DNA of 64,000 bases. It comes from Cyanobacteria bacterium P01_F01_bin.150 (GTDB lineage: Bacteria > Cyanobacteriota > Cyanobacteriia > CAKZMO01). Position 1 is the stretch's first letter. Every line of letters starts with the position of its first letter. Location: contig JBCCYL010000027.1 in the NCBI GenBank assembly GCA_039189765.1, forward strand, positions 9,923 through 73,922. Reading direction: 5' to 3'. The position numbers and the translations under genes are program-made. The notes under the pieces are model-generated. The model worked only from the letters and a program-made list of their open reading frames with translations, did not search any database and was not told the origin of the DNA. Shown piece by piece: positions 49,501-58,307 of the stretch.

Positions 49501-52306
49501 GTAGGGTCTCAATAGTTTGAATCTGACCCAGGGGATCGTTCAAATCAGCGTCACACACCGTCACACCCAGAAGATTAGCCACCTCAATGGCAGTGGTAAC
49601 GGCATTTTGAAATTGGCCTTGTGCCAAGTGTGCCTGGCTCGTGATGGCGTAAACAGGCACTTTTTCGAGGAGCGATTGGGCGTTGCTTAAAACTTCTACG
49701 CCTGTCTCTTGCATTGCATCGAATGCCCCCATCGAGTAATAAGTAGAGGCCATCGCTTGATACGCAGACAACGTGAGTTCGTAGGTATGGTGCCAGCGTT
49801 GAGAGCCTAGTAGGGTGAGAGCGGTCTGAAAATAGGCGATCGCTCCCTCATAAGCATTGGACTGTTGGGCTTTATTCCCGGCCTCCACATTTAACTGAGC
49901 CAGAAGATAGTTCTGCTCTGGGTCAGTGAGCAAGCTAAGCCCCATATTCAGCTGATTAACAATCGTAAAAAGATTATCTTCAGGGGGCTTATCCGACGTT
50001 TGCGTCTTTGCATTTTCTACTTTTGTACGCTCCCCATTGTTCAAAGGAGCATCGTTCAGAGGAGAATCATCTGGATGATAGCGTGATGCCTTAAGCAGCA
50101 TTTTGCCAATGGTGAAATGAATCGATTGGCGTTGCTGATCATCCAGCAAGGTGTAAGCGGCCTGTTGAATGCGATCGTGACTAAAGACGTAGTCTTGAAT
50201 CAGTAACCGCTCGTCTAGCCCAGATACTGGATTAATTAAGCCCGCGTTGAGAGCGGGTTTAAGATCACAAAATATATCGGCGTCTTCCTGTTCCAATACC
50301 CCTGCAATCCTGGCTAAAGAGAAGCTAGCACCAATGCAAGCAGCAACTTTTAGTGCCGACTGGGTTGAGGGAGATAGTTTCTGAATTTTCCGAACCATCA
50401 GGTCCACCACATTATCGGTAATCCCTTGTTTTTCGATCCGCTCCATGTCCCATTGCCAGGTCAGACTCGTGCGGTTGAAGTTCAGCAGATGGTCACTGTA
50501 AAGTGTCCGGAGAAATTCATTGACGAAAAAGGGATTACCTTGAGTTTTACGCATCACCAGATGACTTAATGCCTTGACCTGTTCTTCGTCTTGTTGGAGA
50601 GTGTTGGCGACGAGTTGGGTCACGTGATTTTGGGTCAGGGGAGGCAAGGTCATCGTGTGAATAGACGTTTGCTGTGCCCAAGCTGTAAGGGCCACAGTGA
50701 GGGGATGACCAGATTGAACTTCATTATCTCGATAAGCGCCAATCACCAATAAATGTTGCGTGGGCGCATCCACTAGGATTAATTCCATTAGCTTTAATGT
50801 GGCCGCATCCACCCACTGGAGATCATCGAGGAAAAGAACCAGAGGATGATCAATCGTACTAAACACCTCAATGATGCCTTGAAAGACCAGGTTAAAACGG
50901 TTTTGCTGTTCAGCTGCCCCCAGTTCTGGCAATACAGGCTGAGCACCGATAATCAGTTCAAATTCTGGAATAACGTCGATCAGCACATGGCCATTGTTGC
51001 CTACAGCTTCAAGGAGGCGATCGCGCCATCCTGCCAATTCCTCTTCTGACTCCGTGAGCAGTTGCCTGACTAATTCTTGAAAGGCTTCCACAATGGCCGA
51101 ATAGGGGATATTGCGCTGAAATTGGTCAAATTTTCCGGCGATAAAATACCCTCGTGATTGGGTAATTGGCTTGTACAGTTCTTGGACCAGCGATGACTTG
51201 CCAATCCCGGAGTAGCCAGCGACTAGTATAAGTTCGGAGGTATGGGAGTTGGGAGTTGGGGAGTTGGGAGTTGGGGAGTTGGAGAGTTGGGGAGTTGGAG
51301 GGTTGGGGAGTTGGGGAGTTAGAGGGTTGGAAATTAGATGAAAGGTATCGAGGAGCTGCTGGACTTCGGCGTCGCGACCGTAGAGCTTTTGGGGGATTTG
51401 GAGAGTATTGGCGATATCATGACGGCCTAAGGGAAAAGGGGCGATCGATCCTGTCTCTTGGCGTTGTTGTTGGCAGTTCTCTAAATCGGATTGAATCCCC
51501 CAAGCGCTTTGATATCTATCCTCAGCGGTTTTTGCCATTAATTTACTGACAATTTGGGAAATAACTGGAGGAATAGAAGGCTTGAGTTCATGGATAGGAC
51601 GAGGCTGGTGAGCAATGTGACAGTGTACGAGTTCAAGAGGATCAGAGACATCGAAGGGGAGCGTGCCCGTTAACAGTTCATAAAAACTAACGCCCAGGGA
51701 ATAAAAATCTGTACGATAGTCCAAGGATCGATTCATTCGCCCAGTTTGTTCTGGCGAGATATAAGCAAGAGTCCCTTCCAAGACATTGGGGTTCGTAATA
51801 GTTGGGTTTTCTCGAGACAGCACTGTCGAAATGCCAAAGTCAATTAGCTTTACTTGTTTTGTTTCAGGGTGAATCAGAATATTTGCCGGATTAATATCCT
51901 TATGAATAACATTTGCTTGATGGACGCTCCCGAGAATATCGGTCATCTGTAACGCAACGGTCAGGAAGTCGTCTAAAGAAAACGGTGCAACTTGGCCCAG
52001 GCCTGACTGCATCGCCTGATTGAGGGAAATGCCGTCAAAGTCCTCCAAAACTAAAACTAAGTGACCATGGGATTCATCCATATCGTAGATTTTAATCACC
52101 CCATCAATGCTGTATTCCAGGTTTAACATTCGAGTAATGTCATATTCCTGGCGATATCGAGTCTGGTCTTGGGGGGTGGGGCTATCTTGTTGTAAGACTT
52201 TTAGAATAACGGGCTGCCTATCCTGGTACCGTACAGCTCGATAAACGGTGGAGTTTGCACTGGAATAGATGGGGGAATATACGTGATAACCATCAAGATC
52301 AAACAT
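46541..52306 (-). CDS. Ser/Thr kinase - AAA ATPase - helical region - GAF - SpoIIE/PP2C phosphatase multidomain protein
   Basis: HKDINPAN, DFG, GTLAYISPEQTGR; GYSGIGKS, LFLDDLQW; GAF (KSILCAPI, YLENN); EVGGDYYD, GDVTGHG, YTDGITEA, DDITL. Confidence 0.93.
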   Translation of the reverse strand: MFDLDGYHVYSPIYSSANSTVYRAVRYQDRQPVILKVLQQDSPTPQDQTRYRQEYDITRMLNLEYSIDGVIKIYDMDESHGHLVLVLEDFDGISLNQAMQSGLGQVAPFSLDDFLTVALQMTDILGSVHQANVIHKDINPANILIHPETKQVKLIDFGISTVLSRENPTITNPNVLEGTLAYISPEQTGRMNRSLDYRTDFYSLGVSFYELLTGTLPFDVSDPLELVHCHIAHQPRPIHELKPSIPPVISQIVSKLMAKTAEDRYQSAWGIQSDLENCQQQRQETGSIAPFPLGRHDIANTLQIPQKLYGRDAEVQQLLDTFHLISNPLTPQLPNPPTPQLSNSPTPNSPTPNSHTSELILVAGYSGIGKSSLVQELYKPITQSRGYFIAGKFDQFQRNIPYSAIVEAFQELVRQLLTESEEELAGWRDRLLEAVGNNGHVLIDVIPEFELIIGAQPVLPELGAAEQQNRFNLVFQGIIEVFSTIDHPLVLFLDDLQWVDAATLKLMELILVDAPTQHLLVIGAYRDNEVQSGHPLTVALTAWAQQTSIHTMTLPPLTQNHVTQLVANTLQQDEEQVKALSHLVMRKTQGNPFFVNEFLRTLYSDHLLNFNRTSLTWQWDMERIEKQGITDNVVDLMVRKIQKLSPSTQSALKVAACIGASFSLARIAGVLEQEDADIFCDLKPALNAGLINPVSGLDERLLIQDYVFSHDRIQQAAYTLLDDQQRQSIHFTIGKMLLKASRYHPDDSPLNDAPLNNGERTKVENAKTQTSDKPPEDNLFTIVNQLNMGLSLLTDPEQNYLLAQLNVEAGNKAQQSNAYEGAIAYFQTALTLLGSQRWHHTYELTLSAYQAMASTYYSMGAFDAMQETGVEVLSNAQSLLEKVPVYAITSQAHLAQGQFQNAVTTAIEVANLLGVTVCDADLNDPLGQIQTIETLLGDRTPAELIHLPAMESPQSRAALQILSSANSAAYVGVPRYLPSIVSKQVQLLIKEGHTPLAPFVYAWYGTLLCGPFAQVDTGYAFGQLALELLKHDGSTHNVASEHGKKQANHQNADNAGNANNEKSRANIQPKTAFMVNCMIVHWQKPVKDTLAPLMMAYQEGRDSGDVEYASWAILVRCEHLFCMGRPLNLLEQEMQVSEDTIRQFKQDSALFHNNIFYQATLNLLGKDNLQSQQDGKGDDVQSTSGHPYQLSGSRFNDQILADFKQHQQEQTGVFHAHLCQLHLAYLFEQYDDAIAYATAAEPYKTAAAALFAFVPFHLYDSLAHLAVYPQVSLTEQEVIAQRIAANQQKMRQWATHAPENHQQKYELVEAEWCRVQARYSEAMDYYDRAIASANANGFIHEEALACELAAKFYVVWGKPKIARVFLKDAYQCYLRWGAIAKVHHLETNYADLLELSPPASSLEGHISHLSPGAPQISNPSQLYSSTITARGGTQTQVSSTLDLMTVLKSSQTISSEIVLDKLLAKLMQFAIENAGAEQGLLVLVTADGLSIEAKGTVEGINTQLSQSLNSAIHNSSAHSSTHSSADTSARGCESISDSIPGSVVQYVQRTKQAIVLADAAQSGQFTQDPYVLERRPKSILCAPILDRGKLLGLVYLENNLIAGTFTRDRLDIVTILASQAAISLENALLYRTLEDKVEERTAQLANANQEITALNQRLEQENNRLTAELEITQQLQQMILPNPQELEGVGDLDIAGFMAPADEVGGDYYDVLQDNSPQSAGIKIGIGDVTGHGLESGVLMLMVQTAVRTLQESGEKDPIQFLDIVNRTLYKNIERMGTDKNLTLSLLDYDNGQLRLSGQHEELIIVRCDGTIERFDTIDLGFPIGLDMDISDFISHQTVFLERGDVAVLYTDGITEAENKEHKFYGIKRLCDVVRQHAHQSSNMIRQEVISDVHQHIGNHTIFDDITLVILKRQKTSVLEK
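51242..51330 (-). repeat. In-frame (AACTCCC/AACTCCCC)n short tandem repeats
   Basis: Encodes PLTPQLPNPPTPQLSNSPTPNSPTPNSH just before the Walker A motif. Confidence 0.85.
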
Positions 52307-52365
52307 GGATATGCAGACAAAACAAGGAGCATCAGCATTCTTTTACGCTCTCAAGGATAACAAAC

Positions 52366-52505
52366 AGGAAAAAACCCGACATGTTGCCGGGTTTTCATGA
52401 GATCACGCCCCCATGATCTCAAGCTTGTTAAATTCCATGTGAAGATAACCATGGAATCATTTTTTATTTAATGTTTGATTTAAGACATCCATGTCTAATT
52501 GACCC
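52366..52505 (-). ncRNA. Candidate structured small RNA 1
   Basis: Three hairpins followed by a CCCGG/CGGG stem and U-tract; TAATAT -10-like box at 52509-52514; no ORF. Confidence 0.4.
52368..52395 (-). terminator. Intrinsic terminator
   Basis: Minus strand AAAACCCGGCAACATGTCGGGTTTTTT. Confidence 0.7.
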
Positions 52506-52600
52506 CTGATATTAGATTCATCTCTATACCTGAGGTTTCCAAGATAAAAGACGTGTTCTAAGTTTGATTTTGACGTGATTAAAGTCACTTGATTGCATAA

Positions 52601-52624
52601 GAAAAAACCCGGTCATAGACCGGG
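52601..52624 (-). terminator. Intrinsic terminator
   Basis: 7-bp GC stem, 3-nt loop, U6 tail. Confidence 0.75.
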
Positions 52625-52714
52625 CCGTTGAAATCTAATAATCCCTGTGATTTCAACGTTAAATAATGGATTTGCGGAGCCGAGAAATAGGAGATTTATC
52701 CCATGTCTTCGATG
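52601..52714 (-). ncRNA. Candidate structured small RNA 2
   Basis: 10-bp hairpin CGTTGAAATC/GATTTCAACG next to terminator CCCGGTC-TAT-GACCGGG-TTTTTT; TATGTT -10-like box at 52720-52725. Confidence 0.45.
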
Positions 52715-52920
52715 AATCTAACATAGCCGTTATCTCTTATTGGAAGCATCCCCTAAAATGTGGGACCAGACGGATGATTACAATCCCCCATTTGGGTTAG
52801 TGCTAAGGCGCAGAGGTCCTGTAGATTAGGCTTTCTCCCTATGGGAGACGCATACAAACAGCTCCGCCCAGCTCTCAAATTCTTAGCATCAGGAGCTTTT
52901 GCTAGTTGGGGGATGCCGCT

Positions 52921-52965
52921 GGCTTCGGCGTGAGTTCAGTCGAACGGTTGAGCGAAGTCGAAACC
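52921..52965. repeat. TTCGAC..CGCTCA-type dispersed palindromic repeat remnant
   Basis: GGCTTCGGCGTGAGTTCAGTCGAAC-GGTTGAGCGAAGTCGAAACC; related TTCGACAGGCTCG near 8413. Confidence 0.5.
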
Positions 52966-53723
52966 AATATCGACAATAAGCTCATGAAAAAACACCCCCT
53001 CAGGGGTGCTCTTAGACGAAGAGTTTTATCTGGAAGATAAACAAAAATGTTCCGCTCAGACCTTTTGGATTAGGACGGAAAATTGGAGTTTACGCCCCAA
53101 CTTTCCCGTAAATTCTGAGGACCTACGCAGAAACAATAACTCTAATCAACCCACTGACCGCGATACTTCATGCGGGAGCCAGAGGTTTTACGCTGAGCCT
53201 GCTTGGGTTGCCGTAGCTTCCAAGTTGCACCTCTGTAGTGACCAACCACATCGCTTTCAGTGGTTTCTAAAGACTTGGGAGTCTGATTGTAGTTAATGCC
53301 ACGATAGTTCATAATTAACCGCCTCTAAAACTAAAACGTTCTACAAATATGCAAGTAGTCAAAGCTAACCTGTAGACAAAAACCAACGCTGTTGGACTCT
53401 GCCATAGGCAATGAGGCGCGTTCCTTCAGAAAACTGCTTGCTTCAAGAGTCGTGTGATAGAGATCGTTAGACTAACCTGATGCGAATAGATTTCTTACTT
53501 CCGTCTCTCAACTTTAACCAGTAGTGTGATTAAAAACTAGAGGATGAACGATTTATTTCTGTAATCTATGATACTAAATTTAAAGTGGTTTGGCAAGGAG
53601 AAGTGAGAATTTTACTTAATCTTTATATGCATGCCTCCTGACCTTAGGGATATTGCCTGTAAATGATTATGAACACAGGTCTATTTTCCTTGTGTGTCCA
53701 CTCTCTGAAGGCTGGATAGTTCT

Positions 53724-55208
53724 ATGGCTCATCGATCGTCATCCCTCAATGCTGCCCCGTTAAAGCTATCGTCTCGAACGGTGGCGATCGCGACTGCTAC
53801 TGCAACCTTGACTGCAGCAGGGGCATTGCAAGCCTTTGGATCGGATCCAATGTATGAAGGCAGTACTCAATTAGTGGGCATTCTTCCAGACAGTTTTCCA
53901 TCTTTAAAATCCTCTTCAGGACAGAATGTCGCCTCATCTCATCCATCTTTAGCCAGTGCTAATATCGCCCCTCCAGACTTGATTCATTCTGTTCAAGCAG
54001 ACGTTCTCCAGGATTCAGCAATGGCGACGTTTGTTGCTGGAAAGCTCCAGAAACAGGGACTAAAGATAACGCCCTCTGCTCTATTAAGTCGTATCAAAGC
54101 CCGTACTAGTTCCGAAGGTTGGCTAGAAGTTTACTTTCAAGACACAGATCCAAGCCGGGTGCAACTTGTTTTGGAACAAGTCGCTCAATGGTATGCGACC
54201 CAGGATTCTAGCTGTGATATTCAAGCCTGTCAGGATGTGCCGTTTATCGAAGCTCAGATTCCAATCCTAAAGCAACGACAGCGACAGCTCAACCAAAAGA
54301 TAGGGGAAGTCAACCAACAGTTACAGCAGTCAGTATCTCATCAGATGGATTCGACAATTGAGACTGCTACCATAGAAGACTACTCTGATTATTTACTGGT
54401 TCAACAGCATCTACAGATTCGCCACCTGGCCCATGTAGAGACTGCCGTTGCTGAAACATTAGCCAGACTGAAAGACTATCAGGCTCGGATGAATTTAAGC
54501 ACGGCGAAGGTGCAAACAAGATTTAAGCTGCTCAATCAAATCATCCCCCAATATCAGGAATGGTCAACGGAATGGCAGCAGGGCGATCGCCAACTGCTTG
54601 CATTGACTTTAAGTAAGGATAGTCAGGCCCAAGTTTATCGCCGGGCCAACGGAGGCTCTGCGCAAACCACTGTAGAGTCGGACGCGATCGCACAGGATTC
54701 AGCAGAACTAGAGACGCCTGCCACGGCAGAGGGTGCCTTGACCCAAAAACAGCAGGCGCTCACTGCCAAGATGAATCAGACAGTGTCTGGCATTGTGCAG
54801 CATTCCGTTGTAGACATGCCTGGACCCATCAGTGAACTGATTTTGAGTGATATTAGGCGCTTCGATCAAATGGAGGGCTGGTTGATGACCCTACATCGGC
54901 TCCAGCTCCTTGAGCGGCGGCGTCAAACTCTCAAGCAAATGCAGCAGGATACGATAGCCCAAACGCAGGAATGGCAGCAGGCTACCAATGTCCATGATCA
55001 GCTACGGCAAGAGTTAACGATAACTACGGAGACGTTGACGAAGTATCAACAACATTACGAGATAGCCCAACAGCAAGTGGCTAAAGAATCATTGGCCTGG
55101 CAAGTTATTGCTCCTCCAGAGGTAGTCCAAGAAAAAGGTGGTTTATCCTGGATGCTATCGAGCCTGGCCAAAACCCAACGTCCTTTAATGACATTGGGCT
55201 TGCCCTAG
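53724..55208 (+). CDS. Wzz/GumC-like (polysaccharide chain-length determinant) coiled-coil protein, divergent
   Basis: PMYEGSTQL, LEVYFQDTDPSRVQLVLEQVAQWY, FIEAQIP, WQVIAPP; no kinase domain. Confidence 0.65.
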   Translation: MAHRSSSLNAAPLKLSSRTVAIATATATLTAAGALQAFGSDPMYEGSTQLVGILPDSFPSLKSSSGQNVASSHPSLASANIAPPDLIHSVQADVLQDSAMATFVAGKLQKQGLKITPSALLSRIKARTSSEGWLEVYFQDTDPSRVQLVLEQVAQWYATQDSSCDIQACQDVPFIEAQIPILKQRQRQLNQKIGEVNQQLQQSVSHQMDSTIETATIEDYSDYLLVQQHLQIRHLAHVETAVAETLARLKDYQARMNLSTAKVQTRFKLLNQIIPQYQEWSTEWQQGDRQLLALTLSKDSQAQVYRRANGGSAQTTVESDAIAQDSAELETPATAEGALTQKQQALTAKMNQTVSGIVQHSVVDMPGPISELILSDIRRFDQMEGWLMTLHRLQLLERRRQTLKQMQQDTIAQTQEWQQATNVHDQLRQELTITTETLTKYQQHYEIAQQQVAKESLAWQVIAPPEVVQEKGGLSWMLSSLAKTQRPLMTLGLP

Positions 55209-57335
55209 CTAGCTACCCCAGACCTTCCAGTCTTCCCAATCTAAATTAAAGATGGAGGTATCCGGAAACTCCACTGGATTACCGTTATCTTGCAATCGCC
55301 GTTTAAGCAAAATCAAATCAGGTTCAATGCGTGGTAAATCATCCACCAGCTCAAAGGGAGCAAGGTTATTTTCCAACGCAAAATCGGCTGTGGTTCCAGC
55401 GGCAGCTCCCACTGACCATTCAAAGGAGTGAACTCGATAGGCCGCAGCGGCAATATGGCTAGTGGCAATAGTTTTTCCTGCGACCAGCATATTGTCAATT
55501 TGCTGAGGAATCATAGACCGCAGGGGAATTTGTCCTGGGTAGGACTGTCCTTGCCCTTGGCGAGTGCCAGGGCGCTCAATATTTCCTGGCTTTTCTGGTG
55601 GCGACTGTTCCATGCAGGGATGAAAATCAATGGCATATTGGGCAATCCCCACCGAATCAGGAAAAATCGTAGAGCGGGTGCGGCGGGTAATGTCCTCTGG
55701 GGCTTGCCCTGTCCGAATGGCGCTGATCGCCTCTAAGCCAGCGATCGCCTGCCATAAATTACGAAAGTCATCGGCAGAGAGGCGATCGCGATAGTAATCA
55801 TCGGTATAATCTTGACGGGAAATATCGATTTCATTGACCGTAAATCCGGTGGGATGGGCATAGGATGGTCGGCCAATAATTCTGCGGCCCTCACGGATGT
55901 AAGGATATTTCGACAGTCCGTGGGCCGTGCCCATGGGCGAGTCAAACCCCGTCAGCAGTCGATGATTAAGGCGAGGTTCTTTATCTGTCACCTCATGACC
56001 TTCCGCCTGCCGTCGCTCTTGCCAGGAATCAGTGGTTCCTGCCACCAGCCAATAGTAAAAGCCTAGGGCCTGTTCCTCTCCTCTCCGCAGGGTTTCCGTA
56101 CGAAGGCCTCCCAGCCAGTGTCCCGGCTCTAGTTGGCCGGTAGCGTCCAGTTGCTCTTGAGAGTACACCAGATTATCTAGACCGGTTCCTGGGCGATAGT
56201 CATTGCCCCACACCCAGTTCTGCATGGAAATATCCCCTGGCTGGGGCATGCTGACCCCAAAACGTGGGACGTTCACCGTGCGCTTATCTGCTTTTGGTGC
56301 CCAAATGCGACGGTAGGTAAATACAGCGTCAAAACTGGCTAAATTGGGGTTTGGATCCCATCCGTAGTAAGGCTGATACTGCTCGTAAAAATCCGGTTTA
56401 ATTTGCTCCTGGTCGTCTTCAGTTTGCTCAAAGGCAAAGGTATAGGTAAATCCCTGGGTGCAGAACGGATCACCAGATTCGCTGGCTGATGAAGGATTGA
56501 GATAGCTTCGAGGATCGATGCCGACACGGTAGGGAACGTCGGCTAAGGCAACTAGCTCACCCGTTTCCGTCGCTTCAACCACATACCATTGCGGTGCGGT
56601 ACTACCTGCAACCGACGCATCTTCACGTTCTTGTGGCCCAAATTCAAGAACCGTCTTCGTTAGCTGCTCGGAATCTTGATATTGATAGGCGTCTTCAATG
56701 GTCTGTGAGAGGGGAAGGCTATTAAGTTGGTGCGCATTTGGCGCTGGGGTATGCTGAACAGCGATCGCCCCTTCAATCATTCGACCGTCTGCACTGATAT
56801 CCAGCTCTTTGATGACGGTGGAGGGAAACCACTTGAGTTCTCCATCTCCTTCATCTTCGGCATCTTCCAACTGCTCTAATAAAAGTTCATGGGCGTCATA
56901 GGGTAGATAGCAGGCGGCACTCACCCAGCAGTCTCCGGGATTGAGGATATCGTAGTGGTCTTCAATCCGCTGACGCAGCTCGTTATACCCTTTGGAATAG
57001 AAGAGACGCGATCGCTGTCCTCCAGCTTCATCTAGGGCTGAGGTCCCCTGGGAGGAAATTTGTCCCCCGACCCAGTCTGTAATTTCGGTCATACATACCG
57101 TACGACCGGCTAACAGCGCTTCATAGGCCGCTGCGGTTCCTGACAGTCCACCTCCCACAATCAATAGTTCGCAGTCGATGGTTTGGTCTGGTGCGGGTCG
57201 ATTAAATCCAGCCATAGACCCGCTATCTGAGGAGGTTTGGGCAATGGTTTGACTGATAGCAGATTGGCTAGATAAGACAACACCAACAGGAATAACGCCA
57301 CATCCCAGCAGTAAAGCGACAAATTTGTTCAGCAT
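55209..57335 (-). CDS. FAD-dependent oxidoreductase with signal peptide
   Basis: LIVGGGLSGTAAA, TDWVGGQISSQG, EATETGEL, YIREGRRIIG, QIPLRSMIP, VAGK, AAYRVH. Confidence 0.88.
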   Translation of the reverse strand: MLNKFVALLLGCGVIPVGVVLSSQSAISQTIAQTSSDSGSMAGFNRPAPDQTIDCELLIVGGGLSGTAAAYEALLAGRTVCMTEITDWVGGQISSQGTSALDEAGGQRSRLFYSKGYNELRQRIEDHYDILNPGDCWVSAACYLPYDAHELLLEQLEDAEDEGDGELKWFPSTVIKELDISADGRMIEGAIAVQHTPAPNAHQLNSLPLSQTIEDAYQYQDSEQLTKTVLEFGPQEREDASVAGSTAPQWYVVEATETGELVALADVPYRVGIDPRSYLNPSSASESGDPFCTQGFTYTFAFEQTEDDQEQIKPDFYEQYQPYYGWDPNPNLASFDAVFTYRRIWAPKADKRTVNVPRFGVSMPQPGDISMQNWVWGNDYRPGTGLDNLVYSQEQLDATGQLEPGHWLGGLRTETLRRGEEQALGFYYWLVAGTTDSWQERRQAEGHEVTDKEPRLNHRLLTGFDSPMGTAHGLSKYPYIREGRRIIGRPSYAHPTGFTVNEIDISRQDYTDDYYRDRLSADDFRNLWQAIAGLEAISAIRTGQAPEDITRRTRSTIFPDSVGIAQYAIDFHPCMEQSPPEKPGNIERPGTRQGQGQSYPGQIPLRSMIPQQIDNMLVAGKTIATSHIAAAAYRVHSFEWSVGAAAGTTADFALENNLAPFELVDDLPRIEPDLILLKRRLQDNGNPVEFPDTSIFNLDWEDWKVWGS

Positions 57336-57470
57336 AATAAATTAGAGGGCAACGCACAGTATTATGGTCCCCCGTATTGTAGCGGAGGCGTTACCCTAGG
57401 TATTTGCAAAGCAATAAATCCCAAACGTAGCATCGTCAAAGTTTCATTCAATTCGTCGTCTAATGCCAAC

Positions 57471-58307
57471 GTGGCTGGCCCGAGTGGGCCGTTGACGATT
57501 CCTGAACCCATCCGGATAGAAGCGGAGGCGATGGAGAAATCAGGTGCTTATCGGGCTAAATCGAAAAAATTTGCATCGGGTCAAACGTTTGTTGAGCTTC
57601 ACCAAGGTCAGGACGGTCAGCTTAAAACAATCTTGGCCGGGATGAGGGGTACCTATGCAGTGATTGTGGGATATGCCGATGAGTCGGATGGTGCCGAGTC
57701 AATGGAGTTATCCATTGGTGATGAGCAGATTCGCTGGCAGTTGGATCAGCATCCAGCTAACAACCAGACACGATTTAGTGAAGAGTCCTTGGTGCGTCGA
57801 GTGGTGAGCGATGGCGTGGAGCTAAAGGACGGGGATCATCTGGAGTTTTGGGGCAGAGGCGATCGCGGTGAGCGGGCTGCGGTGGATTACATTGAGCTGA
57901 TTCCCATCGTTCCGAATATTCCCCTTCCCTTCCGGGTAGAAGCAGAGGATATGGATTTGAGTCTGTATCAGGCAGAGGGAGAAGCGGAGGCATCGGGCGA
58001 TCGCCTGATTAGACTAACCCAAAAGGAGCAGGGGCTGGCTCAGTTTGCCTTTCCCAAGCAGTCTGGTCTCTATGATGTGGTGGTGGGCTACTAGGACCAT
58101 ATCAAGGGTGACGCTCGGTTTTCGCTGCGTTTGGATAGCGGCACCTATGAGTGGACGGGGGATGGCAGGTTTGACAGTGGCATGTTTGGCAATGATGGTT
58201 CTGCTGGGGCTGATGATGTTCTGGTGCGGCGTAGGGTGGCGGAGAATGTGTCGATTCAACAAGGGGAGGCGATCGCCCTGGGTGGCTACTGCGACCGGAG
58301 GAACTAT
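57471..58307 (+). pseudogene. Tandem carbohydrate-binding-module (CBM6/35-like) gene fragment
   Basis: Two EAE-initiated beta-sandwich repeats (RIEAEAM, RVEAEDM); in-frame TAG at 58092-58094 with the frame continuing (DHIKGDARFSLRLDSG...); cut by an IS end at about 58308. Confidence 0.7.

Noticed and set aside
53006..53296. 96-aa intergenic ORF
   Set aside because: Overlaps palindromic repeats, atypical composition, no RBS.
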